Source: Octopus vulgaris
Taxonomy: Eukaryota
Assembly: GCA_951406725.2 (NCBI GenBank)
Contig: OX597839.1
Coordinates: forward strand, 14,570,001 to 14,634,000
Length of the DNA stretch: 64,000 bases
Direction of reading: 5' to 3'
Below the pieces are notes generated by a model. The model was given only the letters and a program-made list of their open reading frames with translations, ran no database searches and was not told where the DNA came from. A program made the position numbers and the translations under genes. This document shows positions 40,876-55,049 of this stretch, in pieces. Position 1 is the stretch's first letter; the number at the start of each line of letters is the position of its first letter.

Positions 40876-43800
40876 AATAATAATAATCAGCACCACTCAA
40901 CATTTGTTTTCCATACTAGCATGGGTTGGATATAATAATAGCAATAATAATTTCTAACATAGGCACAAGGCCAGAAATTATGATAAGAGGAAACATTCAG
41001 TCATACAAACCCAAGTCTAGTCAAGTAGTGGTCAGCCCTTAGGTTGGTTCTGTGCCTATGAACCTTCTCCAGCACTACTGCCATCAAGTAGGTTATTGAC
41101 ACTTTGGCTACAGTGACTGAACTTGGATGAATACTGGAGTGGTTTCTTGTTGCCTTCTCCAGGTGGGTGGGATATGAACTCAGAATGTTAGGAGCTGGAA
41201 AATCTCTATATATATAAACGGCAAAATGTCTGTGTGTGTGTGTCCTTTATACAAATCCACAATTTTTCAGTTAGAGGGCTCGCACTTTCTATGGTCATTC
41301 AAAACCATCCAAGGGTGGTCGTGCACATCTTTACATTTCCCCAGTCATCCCACAAAGCCATTAAAAAGTCAATAGAAGTAACTTTTTTGTGAATTTTCTA
41401 TCCAAAACCCAATCAAAATGCCCGAAACTTGATACGCCAATTGAATGGCAGCTAGCTGTATGTGATTGGTCGGAGATTTAGACAGTACTCGTGTGTATGT
41501 GCACACACACGCAGCTGTATATGGATGAACTAGCGCTATGACCCGGCATTGCCGAGTCATAGCGCTAGTCTACACTAAAGCATTGTAGCTGATGCTTCAG
41601 CAATTCTGCCACTCTCCCATTTGCAGAATAGCATGAAATGAAGTGGCTTGCTCAAGAACACAATATGCCACCTAGTCTGGGAATTGAACCATGATTTAAC
41701 TATTGCAAATGCAATACACTAAACTCTAAGCCACACACCTTCACACAGACCAAAATATTTAACTGGTATTTAACAGTGTTTCTGACTAAAGTAATAACCA
41801 GTCAATTATACTGGTCACAGCATAAAATAAGTACTTATTCTATCAGCCTCAGAAAAGCAAAGTTGACTCTGGAAGGGTGAAAAGTGAAGCTAATTTCAGC
41901 AGTTTGAATTTTGACCATAAAAGGCCATGACTTTGGACTGACACTCAAATGATTTCACCACTCATTGATAGAAGGTTACATAATTGTTGAGGGAATGTAT
42001 ATATGACAGACTAATTTAGGTGAAAGATGTCAAAATGGGTTTACCTCACAAGAAAGTCCTCGGTAACCAGTGGGGCAACTACACTCTTCAACAGCATAAG
42101 CTCTTTCTCCACCAAATCTCCTTTCAGCGACATCAAGTGTTACATCTTTGATGCTGTTATAAAAAAATATCAAACAAAAGAAAATTTTAAAAATCAGAAG
42201 TTTAAAAATCCCATTAACTTGACATCAAATATGAGCTAAATTTTCTCTTGACAAAACTAAATTTCTCTTTGACAAAGACCATGTTTGAATTTGTAGGCCG
42301 CCATTTTAACAGATTTACATTTGTGAATTCCAGCCCTATATTGCTACCTATTACTGTGTTCTAAGGTTTCTTAAGCTCAACAGATTCATATACATTAAGG
42401 GTAATCTCATTCCACTCATTATATTCATAAGAAGCCATCTAATTTGGTTACCCCCAAGTAACAAGGAATCCTCTGTGATTGCCCCAGCTGCTACAATCAG
42501 CAACTAAATCTCCCTCACTTATCACCCAAGTCTTAGAAAAAAAAAAAAAAAAAAGCAAAAGAATAAACACATCAGACAATGTATTCTTAGATATTCCTTG
42601 ATAACTCTAAAAACACAAAATTGTCCTAGTTGAACTCCCTTAAATTTTTGAACAACAACAGGTTCAGATAATTGATACTGCTCACTAGGTTTTCTCATAT
42701 TGTAATCTGAACAACAGAAGAAAACTCAGCCCTCAGATATCACCTGATTAAGAAGATTAGCTGAAGTTGAAAGAAATTTAAGTTTCAAAAAAAAATTTTT
42801 ATGACTTAGAGGATCAAAAGTAGCCCCTTTTACCTTATTCAGTTCCTATGAGACCAGCAGAAAGAAGGGAAGTAAGTATTCTCAAACCAGAAACCTGTCT
42901 CAAATTCTGGTAACTGCATGAACCTTGATAACTTGTACTCAGGGGCCAGATGATGATGGTTGAAGCATTAAACTGAGCAACAGATTACGTCATCCCAAGA
43001 CCTATAAGCTGAGGTAGGGATGGGGTTCAAGTAGTGAATCAAACTAGGGTCTGGTGGGTCTGTGAATATCTTAGGGATCCTCCTTCATAAAAAAAAAGAT
43101 TTCATAGTCCTTTGAATTTTGAAAAGAGCCTCTCTCACTTCCCACCCCACCAGAACCTGAAAGCAGTGTTGTTCTACCTTGCAAAATTTCTCATTTCAAA
43201 ATTTCTATCACCTAGCATGAAAGGTCTCAATTAGATGATGTGCATACATGTTAAGAGAAGCTGTTTAGCTTCTAAAAGTGGGAAGAAAATAATAAAAGAA
43301 AACAAAGGCTTTTACCTAGCAAGGTTAGTGTTCACACTGTATGTTGCTTTGATTCTTATTCTCTTTAAACCAGCCAGAGCCATCAAAAGATATTCCCTAG
43401 TTGTAGGGCCACCATTTATACGTTCCCAGTGTTGCTGTTGAAAACAAAAAAAAAACAATATTAAACAACAGGAATAGGTATGTTCTTTCTTATTCTCTCA
43501 TAATATTTTAGTGTCAACTGTCAAGGTTTCAAATACTATTTATGCTGAACATATTAAATATGTTTTGTACGAGATGTGTATGCACTGATCCTAATGTATT
43601 AGCGTTACATATTTCTATTCTTTTTCTCTTAAACCTGGTACTTATTCTATCAGTCTCTTTCGCAGAACCACCAAGTTATTGGGACATAAACAAACCAACA
43701 CTGGTTGTCAAGTGGTGTGGAGGACCGTCCAACCCATGCCAGCATGGACATTGGATGCTAAATGATGATGCACACACTCACACACAAACAGGCTTCTTTC

Positions 43801-46800
43801 AGTTTCTGTCCACCATATCCACTCACAAGGCTTTGGTCGGACTGGGGCTTTAGTAGAAGACACTTTCCCAAGGTGTCATACAGTGGGATTGAACCCAGAA
43901 CCATGTTGAGAAGCAAGCTTCTTCTCACACAACCACCTATGCTCATTATATTACTAGGACTAATTTTTTTGACATGAACATATTATATATGAGTTTCACC
44001 ATCTGTCTCATATTTATTGGTTATTTTAAAAGGAAGTCTTTGCTAAAACTGGTAGAAATAGCAGCCAAATTTTCTTCAATGCAATCTATAGTCTTAAAAA
44101 TGAAGGACAATGTACAGTGTAGGCCCTGATATAAATACAAGAAATTGCGATGATTATAGCTGGAATGTCACTGCCAGATATACTGTCTTTCAAATAGAGT
44201 ATTAGTGCTAATGTACACACACGCACACAGAGTCCTTGTACAAGTTGAAACAGAGTTCATGCTTCAGGTATTTTCTTGTGCAATCAGTGGATGCTACAAT
44301 ATCATTTCCACTCCTCGAATGTAACCTGTGATGTTTCAACAAGCTTACAACAGGCTATAGGAACTATGTACACTGGAACAGGAGTCAAAGTGGTGACTCC
44401 CAGGTGGAAACTATGTTGAGTCTGACATCATGCAGAGGTATTGCAAGGAGACACTCCCACACACTTTCTCTTTGTTATTCAACACACTAAGACAAGCCAT
44501 CAACATACAAGAGTAAGTCAGAACTTCATTTCCCTATTATACTTGAGTGGTTTAGATGACTCCTGCTGTGTTCCTAATAGAACCAAATTATGCAATTATG
44601 CATACAACATCAATCTGCTCTCTAACCATACAGAACAAACACAGGTGCTCTCAAGTAGAGAGAAGAAAGAGTGAAGAGTGTGCCAAAACTTTTTTTTTTC
44701 TTTGGCTAAATACCATGAAAACTGAGGTCATTATCAACATTATCCTTCCAGACCATCTGCCTATACTGACAATTTTGTCAATCAGTCAATCAAGCGACAA
44801 CAACAATATTTGAGATGAAAGATGGAACTCTTATATGTGTATATGTGGGATGACATCAGCAGCTGGGGGCTGACCAGAAGAGGAAGGGACAGGAATGACG
44901 TGTGCACAGGCAGGGGAGCATTGGGCCTTTTTCGATCAGGGTAACTGACAGAGCTGGACGTGTGAGCGCTTTGTCAAGGTAGGGGAAAAAGCAGCTGCTA
45001 TTTTTAGCATTCGGGTCGGGCCACATGGAATGGTGCGTTACCGCTGGAGAGGTCTGCATCGATGAAGAAAAGGTAGGTGTCCTTATTTAAAATCTCCCAC
45101 ATACACCACAGTATATGCATGTGTATGTGCATTTGTGAATAAGACATATTAGCAGTCATAGACTTTGTGATGTGAATTCCTTTCATAAATATAAATGAAT
45201 TAATGCTCTCCTTCATAGAAAAAGAAATGCCAAAAATGAAAACATTTCATATAAGCAAAGTGTCAGATTTGAAAGGTAAGCTTACTTCATATATAGGGAC
45301 TTCAAATGACATATGTTGATCAGGTTCAACTGGTTTTTTAAATGTATACTTCAACGTCACATCATTACCCTGGTAAAGAGAAAAAAATAACAAGAGTAAG
45401 ATATTAGTACTTTTAAAAGAAAAAAAATTAAACCAAAACCTAAGAAAACGAAATCTTAAACTTGAGTTTTCATCAATTTCACAATGACTGTATTTTTGTA
45501 CAAACCAATTATGTAGTTAAATTATTAACATATTTGATGTGGTCAATTTTAAAACCTAAACAGAAATAATTATGAGGTTCAATGGTTAATATTATTCTAA
45601 TCATTTCAGCCACCATGGGAGACAACTTTAGACATGTTTTGATATAATTAAACCTCCTCAAAGAAGTATTGTGTCTACCATACTTTCTGATGTTGTGATA
45701 AGCAACTGACTAACCACATATCAATATTACACATGACTAAGCATGAAAACTTATCAGGTTGAAAAACAAACAAACAACCTGGTAAAAACTATCCAGAGGT
45801 ACCATCTGCATGAAAAATCAATGGCTAAGTTAGTGTCAATACATCTAATGTAGTGAGTATCAAAAATCCAATTTGAAATACTTATTAGGTGAAAAAAAAG
45901 ATAGAATTAACTTGAGGGGACCTTATTCTCTCAGACACAACCAGAGGTCACATTTTAGCCTGGTGCAGCCTCCATGGCTTACCAGACCCCGGTTGAATCG
46001 TCCAACCCATGCTAGCATGGAAAACGGACGTTAAATGTTGATGATGATGATGATAATGAGGTTAAGTTGATTTAACTAAAACCCCAGCACAGTGGTTTCA
46101 AAAATACTGTCTTTAGGCAGCAGTTTTGGGGGAGGTTGTAAATTGATTACATTGACCTCACTGCTCAACTTGTACTTATTTTATTGACCCAGAAAGGATG
46201 AAAGGTAAAGTCGACCTCGACGGAATTTAAACATAGATTGTAACGGCAGACAAAATGCCCCTAAGCATTTTGTCAGGCATGCTAATAGTTCTGACAGCTC
46301 ACCGCTTTACTAAACCCCAGAATATTACCAAAACATTAGCCCTCCTACACACACTGGGCTGGTGTCAATGATGTTCAACTGCTTTACTAGTTCATTTGTG
46401 CTCGGCTTTTATTCAACTTATTTCCTTTGATCCAACATAAATCTTCAGTGCTTTCTATCCATGAATCACAAATCTGTTGCAGCACATTTAATTTTTTTCT
46501 TTCTCTTTATGGCAGTATTCAGAAAGGCAGCAAGCTGGCAGAAATGTTAGCACGCCGGGCGAAATGCTTAGCAGTATTTCGTCTGCCGCTACATTCTGAG
46601 TTCAAATTTTGCCGAGGTTGACTTTGCCTTTCATCCTTTTGCGGTCGATTAAATAAGTACCAGTTATGCACTGGGGTCGATATAATCGACTTAATCCATT
46701 TGTCTGTCCTCTCTGTGTTTAGCCCCTTGTGGGTAGTAAAGAAATAGGTATTTTGACTGTCTTGATGGTCATCCTTCCAGGGTCGATAAATTAAGTACCA

Positions 46801-49800
46801 GTTGCATACTGGGTTGATCTAATCGACTGGCCTCCCCTCCCCAAAACTTTCGGGCCTTGTGCCAAAAGTAATAAAAAAAAAAATGGATTCAGAATGTTTG
46901 CTAGTGACTCAAAATAGGCTGATGTTAAGCTTGGTTGTCTGTAAGGAGATTTTTTACATATGCTTCACAAAGGAAACATCAGCCATTGGAAAGAAATCTC
47001 CATGTAGTTGCTTCCCAGATAGAATTCACAGCTAAATCTCTTACAAAATTTAACATGCCATCTTAAAAAAAAAAAAATGGATGAATAAACTGAATAAGTT
47101 AGTCTAAATACTTCAAAAAAGAAGATCGGCAGAACATAGCTTCAATGCTAATTGGATGATGCTTCAATATTTTTGATGGTCAAAGAACCATGGATACCAA
47201 CATTAAACAGGGATGAAACTTGACTAAAAGGGACAGTTACATATGAAAATTCACAAATATTTTCAAACACTGTTAAGTAAGACTAAAGTTTGCAAAAGAC
47301 TTACTGAGATTTCAATGTCATGGCCACCAGTTGGAGATGTGTTGATACCTGGCAGGTAATTGATGGTAAAACGCAGATATCCTCCGTATGAAGTGAGCTA
47401 CAGAAACAACAACAGGGAAAAAGAGTTTCATTTTAATTTGCCATTAAGATAGAATTGCACAATGATATGATTAAAAAAAACCGGTTCTTTTTGGTTTGGA
47501 GAAATGGCATTCCAAAATTAGTGTTGAATATGGTTTGTTAGTAATAATTTTTACCCAACAAATTAGAAATGCAAAATCATTGTTCAACTTGAAGATATAG
47601 TAGAAGACACTTTCATGCAGTTGAATTGAACCTGAAACCAAATGGTTTCAAAGTGAACTTCTTAACCACTTGGCCATGTTTTAATTGAAAAATGGAAGTT
47701 ATAGAAAGTTACTGTGTAAATAGTTTGTTTAAAGCAGATTCGTTTTTCAGTAGAAAACTGAAGTAGATTCACTTCAGTTTTACTGTACTGCTTAGGAATA
47801 TATTAAAATCTCAGACATTTCAAAAAATCTAAATCATTTTCTATGTTCACTGAAGGAACAATGTATTTTTAAATTACAATAAAATTTTACAGCTTTTAAA
47901 TATAAAGTGTATTTTTGGTACCTTTATAATCATTTATTTCATGGTAACACAGGTGGGACAGCTTTTTACAAATTTCAACAAAAGCACATTTTTGTTTCTT
48001 ACTTGTGAATGCCCTTCCTACTTGTAGCCTGTTTACACAACGATATACATACCTTGTTTCCTAAATACTGGCTGGGTAGTGTCCAATAGTAAACACCTTC
48101 AGGTTGACTGTAAAAGTTGCGATATATGAGGTCTTTGTTAGCATTGACACTAAATCCTGTTGTAATCAATGTTGAGGGTGTGTGCATTTCAGATAAGGAG
48201 AAACCTGCTCGATCGTTGTTAAATGGATAACCCACCTGCAAAAAAGGTTTTTTGAATTCAAGTTAAACAATTCTTAATCATGATCCTGATACAAAAATTT
48301 AAATAAATTAATAACTTATTCAGAAGAGTAATAGATGTAGTCTTCAAAATGAAGAAACTTAAGACTTGGGCAAAATCAGAAAGAGTTTAGATTTCATCCA
48401 ATTTACAATGTTTAGTAAAAGTTAAAAGTAATTGTATGTTTATAAAGCACTTAACAGTAATAAAAGACATAACTTTGGTCAAGAAGATAGAACACAGATT
48501 TGGTTTAATAAAGCAATATATAAACTATAGGAAAATTAAGCCCTATAACAAGCCATGTACACTCGCCTCCTTATGAGAGCTCAAAATCTCTCGTGGAAGC
48601 GTCATCCAACCAAAATGCAAATATATGGGAAACGTCCACCTGTGTCATCTCTTGTGAATGGTAGGAGAGTCCAGTTTGCTGGACATTGTTGTAGAGCTGA
48701 AAACGAGGCAATTTCTCCTCTTCTCCTCTGGAAGCCATCTACTCGCAATACCAGAGGGCGCACACTCTCCTACCCTGATGTAATCTCCAGGGATACAGGC
48801 ATCCAGCAACAGGACCTCCGTAATGTTATGATGGACAGTGAAGTAAATTCCACTGTCCCGACCTCGGTCGAATAATGATGATGATGATATAAAAAAAAAA
48901 CATAAATAAAAGCCTTGGAATTTGGGTCCATAATATAATGTTTATTACATTGAGGTATTAAGGAAGTATGAAGTTGAGTCCTGCTGGATCATATTTCTGT
49001 TCCCTTTCATATATTCTTCCTCACCAATACTTAGTTTAAATGAAGGAGTATATCAATTGTTTAAACCTATGTTACCAATCAATATATTTAATATAACTCA
49101 CTAGGATGGCTTGCTAATTACAACATATTTCATTAGAGCTCTTATTTTCTTTCATGTATTTATTTATTTTTTCTTAATAAAGAAGAGAATTTTTTCCAGA
49201 ATTATTATAGGATCATTAAACAACCTACATGTAGTAATACAATATCTTTGTTTTTGTTCATCAACATTACCTTGAATGTTGATGAATAAAAATGCAAATG
49301 AGAAACTCCTCATCTGCATTCCTCAAAGATATTTCAAACATTTATCTCATTTGAATGTAATTATTCTTTTATTCCTTACTGAATTCTCAATACTTACTTG
49401 AGTCCTTGTTCTGGAGGTACTTGTACAGAATACAGTTACACCCATACAGAAACAAGAAATGCAACCTTCTGGATTCTGCTTTGCTAGGTAAAAAGAGCCT
49501 GGAGCACATTGGTTACAACTCTCACCCTTGGTATTGGCCTGCAGAAGAAAAGGGAAATATTGCTCATAAACTCATATCAATTAGAAAAGGCATTTGACAA
49601 ACATTCAATCATTTCACTTCACAGCTCTAATTATAATCATTGTCTAAATACAATCATATGGATTTCAGTCTTTGGCATAAACCACAAGTGGGGATGTTAG
49701 TCATTCAAATAATAATAATAATAATAATTTATAGGATTGCGGTAACTCCTCCAGAAGGTATACAAAAGCATAAAAAAGAAGAGTGCCATTGTTATCAAGT

Positions 49801-51437
49801 GAACAATATTTCGGCATCTGGTGAGCCTTCCACTATAAAGAAGGACTTCAGACAAAAATCATGCCTCCTCATCGATATGACTGTCCCAATCGACATAAAT
49901 GTATCTGTCAAGAAACATCTAGGTAAGATCCCAGGAGAACAATGTCTCAGAGAAATCCAAAAGATTGTACTGACAGGTACTGCCCACATCCTTAGAAAAA
50001 CTCTATCCATTTAAATGTCTGTGTTGCATTACATGAAGGTATTTCGCTACTTCTCCTTCCCAAGCTTTCAGTCATACTGTAACATCTCTTACTCTTCAAT
50101 TGCCCCAGGACACTGGGTGTGTCTCGGCAAGTGACTGTAACAAAAATGCAGATTAAAAGTAAATAATAATAACAATAATAATAATAATAATAATAATAAT
50201 GATAATAATAATAATAATGGTTTCAAAGTTTTGGCACAGGGCCAGTATTTTCTAAGGGGAGGAGGTAGTCAATTACACCGACCCCAGTACTTGGCTGGTA
50301 CTTATTTCATTGATCCTGAAAGACAAAGTTGATCTCAGCAGAATTTGAACTCGGAATGTAGAGAGCTAGAACTACATTTTATCTTATGTACTAATGGCTC
50401 TGTCAGCTCACCGCTTTAAAATAATACTGTAACTGGCTCTGTTAGTTAAACCTTCTCAACACTAAACACAATGTTTAGCTCATGTGAACATACGTTATCT
50501 AATCATGAAGGGAAATTTTGTGGGAAGTCTAAATGCCCTCTTTAAAACCATAATTGAGACTTGCAAGAGGGCACTGTCATTAGGTGAATTGAAAATATTT
50601 CTTCACCATCGTTTTACATTCACTTTTCCATGCTAGTATGAGTTGGATGAATCTCAGAATCTTTCTCACCATCATATCTTATCAGAATACACAAAGGAAA
50701 CTATTTTTTAGGACAAGGTTTTTACTGATAGACGCCTTTACTACAAGTACTCCATTGGTGGCAATTATGAGGGTTCCAGTTGATCTGATCAATAGAACAG
50801 CCTGCTCGTGAAATTAATGTGCAAGTGGCAGAGCACTCCACGGACATGTGTTCCCTTAATGTAGTTCTCAAGGAGATTCAGCGTGACACAGGATGTGACA
50901 AGGTTGGCCCTTTGAAATACAGGTACAACTCATTTTTGCTAGCTGAGTGGACTGGAGCAATGTGAAATAAAGTGACTTGCTCAAGGATACAAGGTAACAC
51001 TGGGATTCGAACTCACAACCTTGCAATCATGAGCAAAATGCCATATCCACTAAGCCACACACGTTCACATCTTTCCTATTTCCAACTACTTTATAACATG
51101 GGCTAGGTGCCTTCTATTGTGTTACTGGCACTGGAGGATTGTCTTCAGTGTGACCAAAGAATCCTATTCTTCCTGTATCAATTCCTACGTAGAGTTACTG
51201 CACTCTTAGATGAGCAGCCTGAATGTGGCTTGTGGAGTCTGTGTGCCTCCTCTTCATTTCTTCCTTTTTGACACAACAAGCCTTGATCAGAACAAAGACT
51301 TACCTTGCAGTTACATTTCTCTGTTAACAAATCTGGATCTCTGGAGAAACTTCCTCTCAAATCACATGACTCTGGAATTGAGAAGAAATTTTACTGTTTT
51401 CCTCTATAGATATGTTGCATACATACAGACAACTACA

Positions 51438-51502
<65 letters not shown>

Positions 51503-51662
51503 AATATGAGGGAATATTATTCCAAACTTACAGGGAAAATTCAATTTAGAAATACTAAATCAAATTTCACAAAATATAATATATATATATATATATATAT
51601 AAATTAGAAAAAATATATTTACCAAAAAAAAAAAAAAAATATATATATATAAAAATAGATAA

Positions 51663-51724
<62 letters not shown>

Positions 51725-52045
51725 TAGGGTAAAGAATTTATATAGATGAGTAATTCCGCATCCCTCTGTCTTGATCGAACGTGCATGAGTTATGTTATCA
51801 TTTTCAAATTTATAATCTTGGATATCATGCTGATGAAGGAAATGAATTTTAGAATTCTAATCCCGAAACGCATACATGATTAACGAAGGCTGGTTAGTTT
51901 CGTTATATTTTCTTCTTTTTGCCTATGTGAGTTACACGTATTACTGTTTGTGGAGATATATTGTAGTAGAAGAATTAGTAGTTTTGACTGCTATTTCTAA
52001 ATTTTCGGTATGTGGTGAAGCAACTTTTTACTAATCCCTTAATTA

Positions 52046-52083
<38 letters not shown>

Positions 52084-52160
52084 CACACACACACACATAT
52101 AAACATACCACCAAACAGCTATATTCACATATACTGCATAAATAAGAGTTTTATAAGTTT

Positions 52161-52191
<31 letters not shown>

Positions 52192-53695
52192 TACTCACAC
52201 TGGTGATATTAGTGCACAAGTTCTACAAGACCGTCTTCATAACCGTTTACCCTCTTTTCTTTTTCTGTTGATTTCACATGCATTTCATACATATATACAA
52301 ATTCACCTTGTAGTATACTGTTTAAAGCCCATTCACTGTATTCAGCTACCTGAGTATGAATTTAAATGCCACTAGATCTACTTCAGAAATTCTATTGTGT
52401 CCACAGAGGTTATAACAAATGAGAAAGAGAGAGAAAGAAAATGGAATTCATGAGAAAGAAAGATAAAGAAAACGGAATTCACAACATTCTTTATTAAGCA
52501 CTATGATCATTTCAAACCATCGTGCATTGGTGTATTTCAGGTGGCAGATGTAGTAATTAATAAACAATCTTGTGAATTCAATTTTCTTTTTCTTTCTCTC
52601 CCATGTTATATACACATACATGAAGAAACCATCAGCCAAGTAAAAGTATGGTGTTACTGCAACTTACCATCAAAGCGTCGACAGTAATTGCCTGGTTTGG
52701 TTGGATCACCAACATACTCATCGGCGCATTTCTCACACTGTTTACCAACGTGTCCTTCAGGGCAGCCAATACATTGAATGCTACCATCAGGGTTGAGTCT
52801 ACATTTTTTGGTAAACCTAGAAATTAAATAAAGTATCATTATTATAGACGCTGATAACTACTTCAGTAGGTTACACTACTTTACAGTAAACTTGTAGTCA
52901 TATATATGTTAGAAATCCTTTGAAAGAGTTTGGAGATCGCTGAACAGAATGATTCGCAGAATTAGTTAAATCCTTTTGTATTCTGAGTCCCAAATCCATC
53001 AGGCACCAGTTTACTAAAATATGTAGTTTCTGAGTATTGGGGTGGGGGTGGGGGTAGTGATAATTCCCTCTACCCACATTTGTGGAATTTTGTCTTGTCA
53101 ATCTTTAAAATTATTGTGATTTTTATATAATTATCTAGTTATTTTGTTTCATTTATATCAAATTTTTAACATGTCTTTATATACATATACTTTATTCTTC
53201 ATCTCACTCTTATCTAATTTTATCCACTCCTTCACTTTTTGGAACCCTTATATATATATATAACACTGTATGAATCAAAGTACCCTGGTAACAATGATTG
53301 GGAAATTGATAGAGTGTTAGATAAATAAACAATCTTATGGTATTTGTTCGGACTCAACTTTGCTTTTCATCCTTCCAGGGTTGACAAAATAAAGTACCAG
53401 TCAAATACTGGGGTCAATGTAATTGACTTGCACCACTTCCATCTAAATTGCTGGCCTCAAACCAAAATCAGAAAGAATTATTATTATTATTATCAAGGTG
53501 GTGAACTGGTAGAGTCATTATCATGATGGGCAAATTGCTTAGTGACATTTTGTCCATCTTGAATTCCCCCAAGGTTGACTTTGCCTTTTATCCTTTCAGG
53601 GGTCAATAAAATAAATACTGGTTGAGCACTGGGGTTGATGTAATTGACTAACCCCTTCCCTCAAAATTTCAGGCTTTGTGCCTATAGTAGAAAGG

Positions 53696-53736
<41 letters not shown>

Positions 53737-55016
53737 GGTGGAAAGCTGGCAGAATCATTAGCACACTGAACAAAATGCTTAATAGCATTTCATCTGTCTC
53801 TACATTCTGAGTTCAAATTCTTCCAAGGTTGACTTTGCCTTTCATCCCTTTCAGGGGTTAATAAAATAAATAACATTTGAGAACTGGGGTCGATGTAATC
53901 GACTTACCCCTGCCCATGAGCTTGTTGGCCTTTTGCTAAGCTTTGAAATAATCATTATTATTATTATTATTGATTTCTGACATAGACATCAGGCCTTATA
54001 TCTGAGTTACTTATGTAGTCAACTATAGCAATCATCAGCCTCTGTACCTATTATTTTATCTCCCCTGGAAGGATGAAAGGCAAATTTTATTTCTGCAGCA
54101 TTCACAAAATATATAATAATTATTATCATTTAATAGTTGAGAAACATAAGGATAAACTCACTTTATATGACAGAGAATGAGATATATTTTGGAAGTATTT
54201 TCTACAGAGAATTACATAATATGCAGGTGGCTGTGAGATTAATAAGTTTACTTGCAATCATATAATTTCAGATTCAATCCCATTGCAGCCAAAACTATCT
54301 AATATCGCACCATAACCACAGCATCATAGGAGAAAAAGAAAGGAAGGAAAGACATGTTAGATAATACAACCCTAGACACATTATGTCTGATAATAAATGA
54401 GATGGTCATGGCCGGAACATCTTTGATCTTGCTGGATCAAGACTACCCTAGGGATAAACAGCAACATATGAAAATTAGAACATGAAAGGGTTCACTTAAT
54501 TTATGTGGGTCTAATTAGCAAAATACATACTGGTTAGGTCCGGAGGTAAGAGGACATGGGCAGAGTCGGCATTCAATTCCTCGCAGAGGATCTCCATAAT
54601 AACTTTCTTCACACCTGTCACAACGGGCACCACCTGTATTCCTTTGACAATCCTGTAAATAACAAAATAGGGGGTGAAAAAGTCAAGTGAAGCAATAAAA
54701 CTCACGTTAATAAAGTTATATCTTCTTTCCTTTTTCTCTCATTTTGTTCTTACTTCTGGTTCCAACAAAAACACACAAAAATTCTGAAATGGCATTTATT
54801 TCAGTAATTTAAAAAAAATTTTACTTGTTGACTGTGGCCATGCTGGAGCATCGCCTTTAGTTGATTGAGCAAATTGACCCCAGGACTTATTCTTTGTAAG
54901 CCTAGTACTTATTCTATCAGTCTCTATTGCCAAACCGCTAAGTTACGGGGATGTAAACACACCAGCATTGGTTGTCAAGCGATGTTGGGGGGACAAATAC
55001 AGACATACAAACATAT

Positions 55017-55049
<33 letters not shown>

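Noticed and set aside
51372-51403. Upstream alternative acceptor (ctatag) for exon 51304
   Set aside because: Gives an in-frame stop; the ttccag acceptor at 51372 preserves the frame
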